From Chiloscyllium plagiosum (taxonomy: Eukaryota): a stretch of 64,000 nt of DNA. The DNA lies in NCBI RefSeq assembly GCF_004010195.1, contig NC_057725.1:32949947-33013946 (forward strand). The letters are read 5' to 3'. This document shows, in pieces, positions 37,628 to 50,149 of this stretch. The notes beneath the pieces are model-generated. The model was not told the origin of the DNA. It saw only the letters and a list, made by a program, of their open reading frames with translations, and searched no databases. The position numbers were made by a program, and so were the translations under genes. Positions within the stretch are counted from its first letter, which is position 1, and every line of letters begins with the position of its first letter.

Positions 37628-38620
37628 CTACATAAGCACAAAAATACATAAGAAACATTGTAAACATGTAGTATGTATTTAGTTGAGCTCAACGGTCATA
37701 GCTGGGAGGTAGTTAGGTGTTCAGTGGTAAGTCAAGGAGTAATTAAATTGTGATCTACAAGTTAGAGTTGGTTATTAATTGTCCAACTCACTCTGTGTAA
37801 CTCCTAAGCTTAGGTAACTCCAAACTCTCTGAAACCATGACTTTAAGGGACTTTTCCAGAGTGGTCAGAAAAGATTTCTAAATGACACTGTTAATACTTC
37901 CATGAATATCTGAAGTCATATTTCATGGATTCAATGCCTGAGTGACAAACAATTCTTTTATTTCCATTTTAAATAGTACAAAAACATTTCAACACATTTA
38001 TTACCTCTATCATCTGTTTCTTCCATTAGATTTTTTCTTTTCTGAGCACTTTCCTAGCAATGGCTTATTTGTGCATCTTTTTCTCTGACACTGCTATCTT
38101 ATGTGCTGTCTGGGTTTGATACTGAATTCAAACAAAGGAAAGATATCTCATTTGTAAAGATTGCAAGCTTTTCCGACTCAAGTCTTCCAACAAGGCATCA
38201 TGGCAACACTCCTGTTCTAGACATTGGCACCTACTTGACCACATTATCATGTGAGTGACTGACTACAAGAATGTTTACATCACCCATGCCATGAGAGGAC
38301 CTGATGATCTATGGACTATTATTCACCAAATCTGGTCTGCTATTTTCATCACAATGGCCCACTTCCTGCTTTCCTTCTATTGCAGCATCACTACTGGATT
38401 TGCGGGAACAAACATTAATCTTGGTGGATTTCATCAAAACAATAAGAGATGATACTTTTACATCACACTTATCAGAAAACTCATTGGCATTTTAATCATA
38501 TTATTGGAATTACTCAATAATGTAGAGTTCTGGTGAAGTCATTATCTCAAAGAATATTATCTTCATGTTAATTATTAATACAAAGATAAGTTAGGAAGAA
38601 ACAATGATTTGCTTTTCTAT

Positions 38621-38822
38621 GAAGTTAAAAATCACACAGCACCAGGTTATAGTACAGGTTTATTTGGAAGCACTAGCTTTTGGAGCACTGCTCCTTGATC
38701 AGGTGGTTGGGAGGAGTGCTCCAAAAGCTAGTGCTTCCAAATAAACCCGCTGGACTATAACTTGGTGTAGTGTGATTTTTAACTTTGCACACCCCCAGTC
38801 CAACACCAGTGATTCCAAATCA
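38621..38822. mobile_element. Penelope-like inverted terminal (hairpin) insertion with 12-bp TSD
   Basis: Arms 38622-~38690 and ~38714-38785 are reverse complements; ttgcttttctat at 38609-38620 and 38823-38834. Confidence 0.8.
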
Positions 38823-39159
38823 TTGCTTTTCTATAACAACCTCAGGATATCTAAAGATGCTTTAACAGCAGTGCAGTATTTCAAAGTGTGGCCTTATTAG
38901 TCATGTTGGAAAATGGCATTTAATTTCATTACGTAAACGCCCACAAACATTAATACAATAGGGTGCCCAAAATGTGTTTGTGAAGTGATGTTGGTTAAGC
39001 AATAACGTCATGGAAAATTCTGTGTTTACAATCTCACAACCTGGCACAACACCCTCCCAATATGACCAGATTACCTCCAACCAGCCAACTGTATCCCCAA
39101 CACATCCCCATATGTTCAAAAATGCCTCCAATTTGCCCCAGCTCTGGCTACCTCACAAC

Positions 39160-39290
39160 CTGAGTACCCATTCACCCACCTACCCACTTACTCACACTAT
39201 CAATGTCACCCAACTAACCATCCACTTACTCATTCATTCACTCACTCAGTCAACCATTTACCCACTTATTTATTCACTCACTCATTCAAT
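39160..39290. repeat. Degenerate (CACT/CATT/CACC)n low-complexity tract
   Basis: Visible tetranucleotide periodicity. Confidence 0.7.
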
Positions 39291-39793
39291 GACAATAAAA
39301 CCTTCTATGTATAAAGTTGCCATGTGATGCTTCATGCATAAACTGGGCTTGTCCTATGCTCTCTCTACTCCTCTCTGACAGAGATACCAAAGGAATGCTG
39401 TCTTCTATGCATTTCAGTGAAAATTGGGATTGGAACATTCCAAAAGCAATGTGCAGCAGCATTATGTTGGGGAGTTTCCAAGCACAGCAGTAATCCACTC
39501 AACCATGTCAGTGCTCAGAGGTTCAGGCCCATGATTCAAACATGGATCACATTGCTTCATCATCATTGTTTCAAAATTCTCTAGCACTATAACCAAGAGC
39601 AATGTGGAAGTACCTTCATCAGGCAGAGTACAGAGTTTCAAAGTAAAGGTCCACCAGCACTATTTCATGGGCAACAAGAGATGGACTATAAGTGATGGCC
39701 TTGCTAGCAACTTCCATTGACCAAAACTGAACAAGAGAAAACAAATTATGAACAGAGTATTTCATTTATTTGTAAGTTTAAGCAATTTCTTAC

Positions 39794-39895
39794 CTTTTGA
39801 CCGTTTTCTCCAAATGTAAATTCCAATGACAAGTCCACATACTAATACCATACTACAAATTATAGCCAAACCGAGGACTGAACGATCACGAAGCT
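39794..39895 (-). CDS. NCR3LG1: Transmembrane exon, 102 nt, phase 1/1: (E)LRDRSVLGLAIICSMVLVCGLVIGIYIWRKRSK
   Basis: ttttcAG acceptor, GTAAGA donor, 23-residue hydrophobic run followed by basic stop-transfer RKRSK. Confidence 0.92.
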
Positions 39896-40119
39896 CTGAA
39901 AATTTAAAAATATAAGAACAAATAGCTACTTAAATACATTCAAAACTTCAGGAAAACTGATAATGATCCATGATATTTAACAAAGTGCTCAGGCTGCTTT
40001 CATGTTAATACTTAGGTCCTCAGAACAGTAAAGCCGAGAATGTGAACAATTGGTATCATAAAAAGGAGACATGAAATGTAAATACTAGAAATGATTATGT
40101 CCTTCAGGTATTCAGAAGG

Positions 40120-41235
40120 GAAGACTAGAGCATATTTCAACAAAGGGTGCTGCACAGGAGGTTGCTAAATAAGAGTCCATGGTGTTAGCGGCAAGTTACT
40201 GGTGTGAGTGGAGGATTGGCTGACTTGGCAGGAGGCAGAGAATGGGTAAAAGGAGTCTTTTTCAGAATGGCAGCAAGTGAATGTGGAGTTCCACAGGAGT
40301 CCGTGTTGGGGCCACAATATTCACATTATATATTAACAATCTGGATGAAAGAACTGAGGGCATTGCTGTTTAGCTTGCAGAAGAAACAAAGATAGGTGAA
40401 GGTACAGGTAGTGTTGAGGAAGCAGAAGGACTTGATGTTGCAGAAGTATTTGGACATGCTAGGAGATTGAAAAAATAAGTGCCAGATGGAATACAATGTG
40501 GGAAGGTGTGAGGTTCTGCACTTTGGTATGAAGAATAGAGGTGTGGGGTATGAGGAAAGGCTTTGGAAATCTGAAGCACTAGGTGCCTTGGGAGTCACAG
40601 TTCAAAATTCTCTTAAGAGGTTTAGTTGGCAATTAGGAAGGCAAATGCAATGTGAGCATTCATTTTAAGAGGGCTCGAATACAAGAGCAGAGTATGTACT
40701 GCTGAAACTGTATTTGGCTCTGGTCAGACTGCACTTGAAATATTGTGAACAGTTTTGAGCCCTGTATCTAAGGGTCAGAGGAAATGTACAGGAATGAGCC
40801 CAGACATGAAAGGCTTGTTATATAAGGAGCATTTGAGGATTCTGGTCTGTACTCGGAAGGATGAGGAGAATTTAGAATGATGAGGAGAATTTGACTGAAA
40901 ATTGAAGAATACTGAGAGGCCTGGATAGAGTGGACATGGAGAAGACATTTTCACTTGAAGGAGAGACTAAGATCTGAGGGCACAGCCTCAGAGATGGATG
41001 TCTCTTTAATACTAAGCTGAGGGAGAATCTGTGGAAATTGTTGCAGCATTAGACTGTCGAAACCAAGTCATGTCTCTTTAAGAGACATAAATCAGTTCTT
41101 GATCTGTAAGGGGGTCAAGGGTTTACAGGGAGAAGGCAGGAGAATGGGACTGAGAAACACATTCACTATGATTAAATGGTGGAGTAGTCTCAATCGACTA
41201 AATGGTCGAACTCTGCTCCTATACCTTATGGTCAA
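40120..41235 (+). mobile_element. Degraded CR1 LINE 3' portion
   Basis: GVPQESVLGP, MEYNVGRCEVLHFG; ttatggtc-type end. Confidence 0.85.
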
Positions 41236-41544
41236 AGATCTTTTATTACTATGTGTGAAAGGGTAATCGTGAAATAAAAACAATGCTTCAAAAATGTTTT
41301 AAAAACTTGAGGATTTTTAGCTCAGTCTGCTTTGAGAGATATGGGAAACAATTTATGAGAAAATTATAATCATTTTGGAGAAATTTGTAAAATTAGGACA
41401 GCAACCAGACATTTGAAGCTGCATACTGTAATATGGTACCCGAGCAGGTGGAAAATCAATAAAACATAACTGTTAGACCCATCAATCTCATAATTGTGTG
41501 CAAACTTTTGTGTAAAATGATTAACAAAGATTATCACTAGCCAG

Positions 41545-42290
41545 ATTCCTGAGGATTACTATTGACCAGACACTCAACTGGACTAGTCATATAAACACTG
41601 TGGCTACAAGAGCAGGTCAGAAGCTGGGAATTATGGTGTCTTCCTGAATTCCCAAACCTTATACACCATCAAGTAAGTGACATCTCAGGAGTGTGATGGA
41701 ATCCTCTCCACTTGTCTGGATGAATGCAGCTTCAGCCACACATGAGAAACCTGACACCATCCAGAACAAAGCAGCCCGGTTAATTAGCAACCCATCCATG
41801 ATCCTTAACATTCATTCTCTCCATCAACAATGTACAGTGGAAGCAGTGTATATCATTCCCTTAACTTCATTTATTGAATGTGGGTGCTGGCTAGGCTAGT
41901 ATTTATGGTTCACACTAATTTCCCAGAGGGCATTTGAGAGTCAATCACATTGCTGTGCGTCTGGAGTCACTCAGAGACCAGACCGGGTAAGAGTGACAGT
42001 TTTCATCCCTAAAGGACATTCATGAACACATAGCAGCAATATACCAAGCTTTCTATGATTACATTTTCTAAACCCACAACATTTACCAACTATAAGAATA
42101 AGGGCAGCAAGGACATGGGAATGCCACCACCAGCAACTGCCCTGCCAAAGCCACACATAATCCGATTTGGAAATATGTTACTGTTCCTTCACTGCTTTTA
42201 AGTCCAAATTTTAGACCTTTCTCTCTGACAGCACCTACAGGTGTACCTATGTCACATTCACTGCAACAATCTCAAAGAGATATTTTCAAA
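41545..42290 (+). mobile_element. Old CR1/L2-group LINE remnant (second family) with nested SINE piece
   Basis: SPLVWMNAASATHEKPDTIQNKAARLI...NIHSLHQ; similar to 52620-53840. Confidence 0.65.
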
Positions 42291-42293
42291 CAT

Positions 42294-42712
42294 CGGCAGC
42301 AAGGTCGCTCAGTGCTTAGCACTGCTGCCTCACAGCACCAGGGTCCCAGGTTCGATTCTAGCCTCAGGTGACTGTCTGTGTAGAGTTTGCACATTCTCCC
42401 TGTGTCTGCATAGGTTTTTAGATTAGATTACTTACAGTGTGGAAACAGGCCCTTCGGCCCAACCGACCCGCCGAAGCACACCCACCCAGACCCACTCCCC
42501 CACATTTACCCCTGCACCTAACACTACGGGCAATTTAGCATGGCCAATTCACCTAACCTGCACATTTTTGGACTGTGGGAGGAAACCAGAGCACCCAGAG
42601 AAAACCCATGTCAAGACAGGGAGAATGTGCAAACTCCACACACAGTCATCTGAAGATGGATTCAAACCAGGGTCCTGGGCACTGTGAGGCAGCAGCTGAG
42701 CCACTGTGGCAC
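42294..42712. mobile_element. Two HE1-like SINEs in inverted orientation (+ head 42294-42415; - full copy 42417-42712)
   Basis: Both match 9435-9751. Confidence 0.85.
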
Positions 42713-42939
42713 TCCATGGTTTCAACGACATCAGTAGATTCTGATATTTTTTATTGATAGGCCATCACCTCCCCCTGATTGTGTAGCATTTTGAATTTGT
42801 TATTAATATTGAGGCATTCGTGCAATACCAGCCACTTTCTTTTTCCCATTCCAAAATGTTGCTTTCCCTGATGTGTAACCATCTTCTTATCCCCTTCACT
42901 TCTCTGAATCACTCTTTTCTTTTCCTTCCTTCGACTCAC

Positions 42940-43296
42940 CATTCACAGTTCTGTTTCTCCCGATGTAGAGCTCATCTCGTACAGTGAGTACACATTCCAC
43001 TGTGAGTCCATCAGGAAGCGTTGAATGCACCACTACACATCTATACTTGTCACCATCATCTTTCATTGTTGGTTTAATGTTCAGTTGACTGGATACATAA
43101 AATGTTTTATCACTACTTGTCCCAAACTGCTTTGTGTATCTTTGTAATGAAACATTTTCTGTTCCCCACTTTGTTACTTTGATCCAGCTGATCTTCAATT
43201 GTTGAGGATAAAATCCAGTCACGTCACATCTCACAGAGCTCTCTAAACCACTCAAAATGGTAAGAGATCGTGTGGATAAGCTAACACTTGGCCGAG
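42940..43296 (-). CDS. NCR3LG1: IgC1 domain exon of B7-H6/NCR3LG1-like gene, 357 nt, phase 1/1
   Basis: RCDVTGFYPQQLKISW and YRCVVVHSTL C1-set motifs; cacacAG acceptor, GTGAGT donor. Confidence 0.92.
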
Positions 43297-43879
43297 CTGT
43301 GTGGCAAGAAAACAAATTTCATTATATGTTGGCTTGCATAGGCCAATAACAGTAAAATAAGATGCTGGTAAAAATGTATGGATAAGTTATTAAAAACCGA
43401 GAAAATTACGATTTGATCAAATATCATCTTTTTGTTCTTTTATGTCACAAAACAGATCTTTTCAAATCTGAATACAATTAACCTTTGTGATGTCAATAAA
43501 TTATTGAAAATTTCAACAAACAAATGGGTTTGAAAAGAAATTTAGGGATCGGAGTCCCAAATTTTCCTGTTCTGTATTTTTTATCTGGCATGTATTTTGA
43601 AATTAGACCAGAACAAAAACACACAAAGTCATAATCTCATTTGAGAATTTCCATTGTTGATCAATTCTGATTCCTGACCCCATCCAGCAGCCAGTGCATA
43701 AGGTGGGAAAAGGGAAGCAAGTATACTGAATGCTATTGGGAGAAGCATAATTTTCTGGAGAGGGGCAGATAGGCAGTTAGCATCATAGAGAGGTATAGGC
43801 AAGGTGAGGACCCTGTGACAGTCAGTTAGCAATCACTTAGAGGAATGGAAGAGGTGAGGGCACTCTGACAGGCAATGGT

Positions 43880-44236
43880 CCGACTTTGACCGAGTGTTGT
43901 GGACTGCCACATTCCAAGGTCAAGGACCTTGCTGAGGGATGCACTAAAGCCTAGGGCAGCTGCCGCCAAAGCACAGTGAGGAAAGACCACTTGTCTAAGA
44001 TGTTCCTGCAGTTATTAAATGGGAGTCCATTCAGTTATCAGACTCTCCTGATACCTCAAATGCAATTAAGTATTGTCTGTTCAAGTAAGAGATGCCTCTG
44101 GTTTATTTAGACAGAGTGAAACTCTAATGCTTGTTTGTTTCCATGTTATGCTACCGTACACAACTGAACTGCATTTGTGATTATGTATGTATAAAGATAT
44201 TTTTAATGAATAAAGTATTTTTAAAATAAAAATAAG
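43880..44236 (+). mobile_element. 3' remnant of a Tx1/L1-clade LINE
   Basis: Degenerate ECC...HSKV...LRDALK.RAAAAKAQ.GKTT end, then AATAAA and A-rich tail. Confidence 0.55.
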
Positions 44237-45080
44237 GCAGTGGCCCATTCCCAGAGTCTGTGCCTCCTTGATCATCTGAGCCATCTTCTACTTGCTCTGG
44301 AACTCAAAGATGGAGTGTCCACAGGGACACCATGTACAAAACTCTGGAAAATGTGGTATATGGGGGATGACCGTACCTAAAGTCACCCTCATCCCGATGG
44401 CCACCTTGTGTCTGGCTACATCAAGGTGTGCCTCAACTCATAATATTCAACCACTAAGTTTCACTGCATACTGAGGTTCTACCTGTCCCTGGTGTTGCAA
44501 AGGATGGATCTGGTCTCGGTGTCACTGAATGCTCCAAGTAGTTGACTGACATGGATGTGATGGGCCAAACGACCTCATTCTGTGCTATAACTGTCTATCT
44601 GTTATATATGGGTCAAGTTTGATCAAAAATATATGTGAGATCCTTTTCAAAAAGTATGTATTATAAAAGAAGTTCAAGAATAATGCATTATTGTTTCTAG
44701 AGAACAAAGATATCAAACCCCTAAACACAGATCTCTAACTAAGTCAACATGCAACCTTACGATGAATAAGGGCACCTGAGATACTTCCAGAGTGACATAG
44801 GCACAACTGAACATATGTCGGTTTTGTGACCCTGCCACAACTCCCCATGTTCAATGGGAGTCAGTAGTGGAGAGCCAAGTATGGCATGATCACTGCAATG
44901 CCATGTCACTTCACAAGAATAATTTCAGCAGATATGTTATTTTGGTGGATAAAACAGAACAACAAAGTTTCGATGAAGAGCAGGATTTATGTTGAGGAAG
45001 TCATCATTATGTGTTGACTGACACATTCCCTTAAATAACTTAACGCAGGAGGAAAACAGATATGTTTTTGTGATCCTTAC

Positions 45081-45419
45081 CTGATACTTTCATTTCTGAT
45101 GTCTGTTCTGCACTCTCGGGTGTTAGGAACACAATGCAAGTGTATCTTCCTTCATCTGCAATCTGTACTCGCGGAAGGAAAAGTGAGGCATCTCCCTTCA
45201 GTAAATTGCTATCATTAATTACTGCTCCAAGTCGCTTTACATTACGTTGACCTCCCGAAAAAGAATACACCTCTGTTTCTCCATCAAGCTTCCACTGAAC
45301 TCCTACCCTTTTTAGGTCAATAGGGCCACTAGTATAGCCGGTCACCTTGCATTTCAAGTGAACATTTTCATTTAATAATACTTGCAGTGGACTTTGAAAC
45401 ATCTCCAGATCCATTGCAT
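45081..45419 (-). CDS. NCR3LG1: IgV domain exon of B7-H6/NCR3LG1-like gene, 339 nt, phase 1/1
   Basis: LNENVHLKC...VGVQW...RLGAVI...KGDASLFLPRVQIADEGRYTCIVFLTP resembles, from memory, human B7-H6 LNDNVTIFC...MGITW...RPGAIV...[27 protein letters not shown]; tttaaAG acceptor, GTAAGG donor. Confidence 0.9.
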
Positions 45420-45789
45420 CTTTAAAGGAAGAGAAAAATATTATGGAATCATCTCATATATACCACAACAGTGTCATAATAAAAGACATTTGTGCATTTC
45501 TTTAAAGTTTAACAGAACAATTTACATAGTTCTGCCATGTTGAATTTAAAGCAATTGTTGTGGAGATTCTAAAGCTTTTTCAGCAAGATACTCTGAGGCC
45601 AGAGCAGACCACAAGGGTGCTGCAACTTCATTGGTCCAGGTTTTCTGAGGGCAGTGAATCTGAGGAATTCTCTCCTGCAGAGGGCTGTCAAGGCTGGGTC
45701 ATTGGCAAAATTTTAATCTGTAAGGGTGGTCTTGCTAAATCTATACAAGATGCATGAAATGCCACAAACATTCCTGCTCCCCTAATCTA

Positions 45790-46560
45790 AGGGAATGTAT
45801 ACTGGCATAGGAGGGAGCCTACAGAAAGTTCACTAGGTTGATGCGCTGGTGTGGAGGGATTTTCCTATGAGGAAATGTTGAGCAGGTTTGGACTGTACTC
45901 ATTACAGTTTCAAAAAATGAAAGGAGACTGTATTGAAACATATCAAATTCTTATAGGAGCTTAATAGAGGAGATGCTGAGAGATTCAGCGGCATGGTGGT
46001 ACAGTGGTTAGCACTGCTGCCTCACAGTGCCAGAGACCTGGGTTCAGTTCCTGCCTCAGGCAACTGTCTTTTGTGGAGTTTGCATATTGTCTGTGTGGGT
46101 TTCCTCCCACAGTCCAAAAATGTGCAGGTTAGGTGAATGGGCCATGCTAAATTGCCCATAGTGTTAGATGTAGGGGGGGTGGGAGGGTCGGTCTGGACTT
46201 GTTGGGCTGAAGGGCCTGTTTCCACACTGTAAATAATCTAATCGAATTGCATACCATAGTCAGAGAGTCTATGAAAAGAAGACGTAACCTCAGAGTAAGG
46301 GGTTTTCTTGTAAGGCAGATGAGGAGGACATTTTTTCTGTTAAAGTGTGGAATTCTTTATTGTAGAGAGCTGTCAGAATTGGGTCATTGAGCATATTCAA
46401 GGCTGAGACACAGATTATTAATCAGTGAGGAAATCAATGCTTATGGATTAAGACAGAAATATGGAGTTGAGAATTATCAGATGAGCCATGATGTCATTGA
46501 ATGGTGGAACAGACATGATGGGATGAATAGCCCACTTCTGTTCCTATGTCTTATGGTCTT
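45790..46560 (+). mobile_element. Degraded CR1 3' fragment with nested HE1-like SINE (45988-46243)
   Basis: CR1 C-terminal coding remnants; SINE head ggtggtacagtggttagcactgctgcctcacag and ctaat tail. Confidence 0.8.
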
Positions 46561-47962
46561 ATAGATATCCAGATAATCAGTTTTGCAGCATTGATGAAAG
46601 TTGTATAGGGGAACCCTGCAGAATCCCCATGGTAGCAGATTCCAAAAGAAATTATTTAAAAAATTAAGGATCCCAATGGCCAATCCCTCTACACTTGGAA
46701 CCTTCTGATATTATCCTTTTAAATCAGAGAATTTGGAAAGTTGTACTGAGGTCAAGTAAATAGTTACTGAGGAAATGTTAGACTGAGTGCGTATTATCAG
46801 GCCACTAATTTATCTCAAATATTCCTAACTGTACCTCTGTCTGACACCATATTTCCTCAAATCAGACAGCTCCTTTGCCTCTGTGATGTGAGCCCCACTT
46901 CGTACACCACTAGACCCAACAAACACCACCCACACCACCCCTCCTCCAAGACCACTCTGGGCCAGTCACCCAGGCCTCATCACCAGATTTGACTCCTACC
47001 TGGCCATCCTGGAACCACCCCTTACTGCTGACAGAGTCAGTGCTATCCCTCTTCCACTGCTGGACCTGAACCATTTGTTTTGGGACCTAATCCTCCTGAT
47101 TCAGAAACTAATGTTCCTTTCCTGGCACTGGATCTGACTACACCATTTATCATTTTGCTGTTACTTTTTCCAAATTATAAGTAAAGGATTCTCAACTTTG
47201 CAGCCAGAATAGCAACCCATGAATGCAAATTTCTATATAGAGAAAGCATATTCATTCCAAACAGGTAGGCACCACTTGGTTGTATTACCGTTTTTATGTA
47301 AGTGCCAGTTAACCAGGCTCCAATTGGGTGCAAGGCCAGGAAACTCACATTGAAGGTGTTACTGTCCCAGGTGCACAAATTAACAACGAGGCATTGGACA
47401 GGCAAGTTGTGATCAAAGAGCAGAAGGTGATAGAAACTCTTTAAAATATGTACTAACAGAAGAAATTACTTCCATATGAGTTCCCTTATTTGGTGATCCA
47501 AGTGCATAGAGATCAGCATATAGTCGCATGATCTTTGATTTTATCTCTTTTGGGAAATATAATTTTATAACACACTTTTAAGACCTTGAGGAATTCATGT
47601 GGTCATAAATGTTAGTATGTTGCTGAACATTTGCTTTTGCTATTATTCCTTATACCTTTTGTAATAAAATACATTTTTGGCAAACTGATCAGAATCTCCT
47701 GACAGTTTCAAACAACTTGTACAAGTGTAAAATGAAATACACAACTTATTCAATTTTACTTTTCACTTGTCTGGTGTCCTTCATACATGGCAACTCTGTA
47801 CAATTCAAGGGCATATTTCTAGTTACCTTTGTCCTCCTCAATTCTTCCGGATTGTTCTTTATTGCAGTAAATTCTAATCTATAATCTACCTCTAACTTGG
47901 CATGTTTTTAAGGTGTCTCTCTCACTTGTTTTCCCATCAGCCTATTTAAATATTACCATCTA

Positions 47963-48462
47963 NNNNNNNNNNNNNNNNNNNNNNNNNNNNNNNNNNNNNN
48001 NNNNNNNNNNNNNNNNNNNNNNNNNNNNNNNNNNNNNNNNNNNNNNNNNNNNNNNNNNNNNNNNNNNNNNNNNNNNNNNNNNNNNNNNNNNNNNNNNNNN
48101 NNNNNNNNNNNNNNNNNNNNNNNNNNNNNNNNNNNNNNNNNNNNNNNNNNNNNNNNNNNNNNNNNNNNNNNNNNNNNNNNNNNNNNNNNNNNNNNNNNNN
48201 NNNNNNNNNNNNNNNNNNNNNNNNNNNNNNNNNNNNNNNNNNNNNNNNNNNNNNNNNNNNNNNNNNNNNNNNNNNNNNNNNNNNNNNNNNNNNNNNNNNN
48301 NNNNNNNNNNNNNNNNNNNNNNNNNNNNNNNNNNNNNNNNNNNNNNNNNNNNNNNNNNNNNNNNNNNNNNNNNNNNNNNNNNNNNNNNNNNNNNNNNNNN
48401 NNNNNNNNNNNNNNNNNNNNNNNNNNNNNNNNNNNNNNNNNNNNNNNNNNNNNNNNNNNNNN
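47963..48462. other. Assembly gap
   Basis: Run of 500 N. Confidence 1.
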
Positions 48463-48555
48463 AGCAACCTGTGAAAGGAAATTTCTGCTGTATAGAGAGA
48501 GCATGTTCATTCCAAACAGGTAGGCACCACCTGGTTGTATTATAGTTTTGATTGC

Positions 48556-50149
48556 AAAATGTCCAAATTACAGAAGAGTAAGTGCTGGATGTCTTGAAAC
48601 TGGTAAAGGTGGATAAATCCCCAGGACCTGATCAGGTGTACCTGACAATTCAGTGAGAAGCTAGAGAAGTGATTGCTGGGCCTCTTACTGAGATATTTGT
48701 ATCATCATAGTCACAGGTGAGGTGTGGAAGACTGGAGGTTGGCAAATGTGGTGCTACCATTTAAGAAGGGTGGTAAGGACAAGCCAGGGAACTATAGACC
48801 AGTGAGCTTGACGTCGGTGGGCAAGTTGTTGGATGGAATCCTGAGGGACAGGATGTACATGTATTTGGAAAGGCAAGGACTGATTAGGGATAGTCAACAT
48901 GGCTTTGTGCGTGGGAAATCATGTCTCACAAACATGATTGAGTTTTTTGAGGAAGTAACAAAGAGGATTGATGAAGGCAGAGCAGTAAATGTGATCTTTA
49001 TGGACTTCAGTAAGGTATTTGACAAGGTTCCCCATGGGAGACTGATTAGCAAGGTTAGATCTCATGGAATACAGGGAGAACTAGCCATTTGGATACAGAA
49101 CTGGCTCAAAGGTAGAAGACAGAGGGTGGTGGTGGAGGGTTGTTTTTCAGACTGGAGGCCTGTGACCAGTGGAGTGCCACAAGGATCAGTGCTGGGTCCT
49201 GTACTTTTTGTCATTTACATAAATGATTTGGATGCGAGCATAAGAGGTACAGTTAGTAAGTTTGCAGATGACACCAAAATTGGAGGTGTAGTGGACAGCG
49301 AAAGAGGGTTACCTCAGATTACAACAGGATCAGGACCAGATGGGCCAATGGGCTGAGAAGTAGCAGATGGAGTTTAATTCAGATAAATGTGAGGTGCTGC
49401 ATTTTGGGAAAGCAAATCTTAGCAGGACTTATGCACTTAATGGTAAGGTTACTGAACAAAGAGACCTTGGAGTGCAGATTCATAACTCCTTGAAAGTGGA
49501 GTCGCAGGTAGATAGGATAGTGCTTTTTCTTATTGGTCAGAGTATTGAGTATAGGAGTTGGGATGTCATGCTGCGGCTGTACAGGACATTGGTTAGGCCA
49601 CTGTTGGAATATTGCATGCAATTCTGGTCTCCTTCCTATCCAAACGATGTTGTGAAACTTGAAAGAGTTCAGAAAAGATTTAAAAGCATGTTGCTAGGGT
49701 TGGAGGATTTGAGCTATAGGGAGAGGTTGAATGGACAAGGGCTGTTTTCCTTGGAGTGTCAGAGGCTATGGGGTGACCTTATAGAGGTTTATAAAATCAT
49801 GAGGGGTTTGGATAGGATAAATAGACAAAGTCTCTTCCCTGGGTGGGGGAGTCCAGAACTAGAGGGCATGAGTTTACGGTGAGAGGGGAAAGATATGAAA
49901 GAGACCTAAGGGGCAACTTTTTCTTGCAGAGGGTGGTACGTGTATGGAATGAGCTGCCAGAGGAAGTGGTGGAGGCTCGTATAATTGCAACATTTAAAAG
50001 ACATCTGGATGGGTATATGAATAGGAAGGGTTTGGAGGGATATGGACCAGGTGCTGGCAGGTGGGACTAGATTGGGTTGGGATATTTGGTCAGCATGGAT
50101 GAGTTGGACTGAAGGGTCTGTTTCCATGTTGCACATCTCTATGACTCTT
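48556..50149 (+). mobile_element. 5'-truncated CR1 LINE, young, same subfamily as 27510-29143 and 30598-32025
   Basis: ORFs 48724..49356, 49367..49882, 49843..50070 with RT motifs; ctctatgact tail. Confidence 0.97.

Noticed and set aside
48724-50070. Active reverse transcriptase gene
   Set aside because: 5'-truncated CR1 with frameshifts and stops; the same holds for all LINE ORFs in the window.
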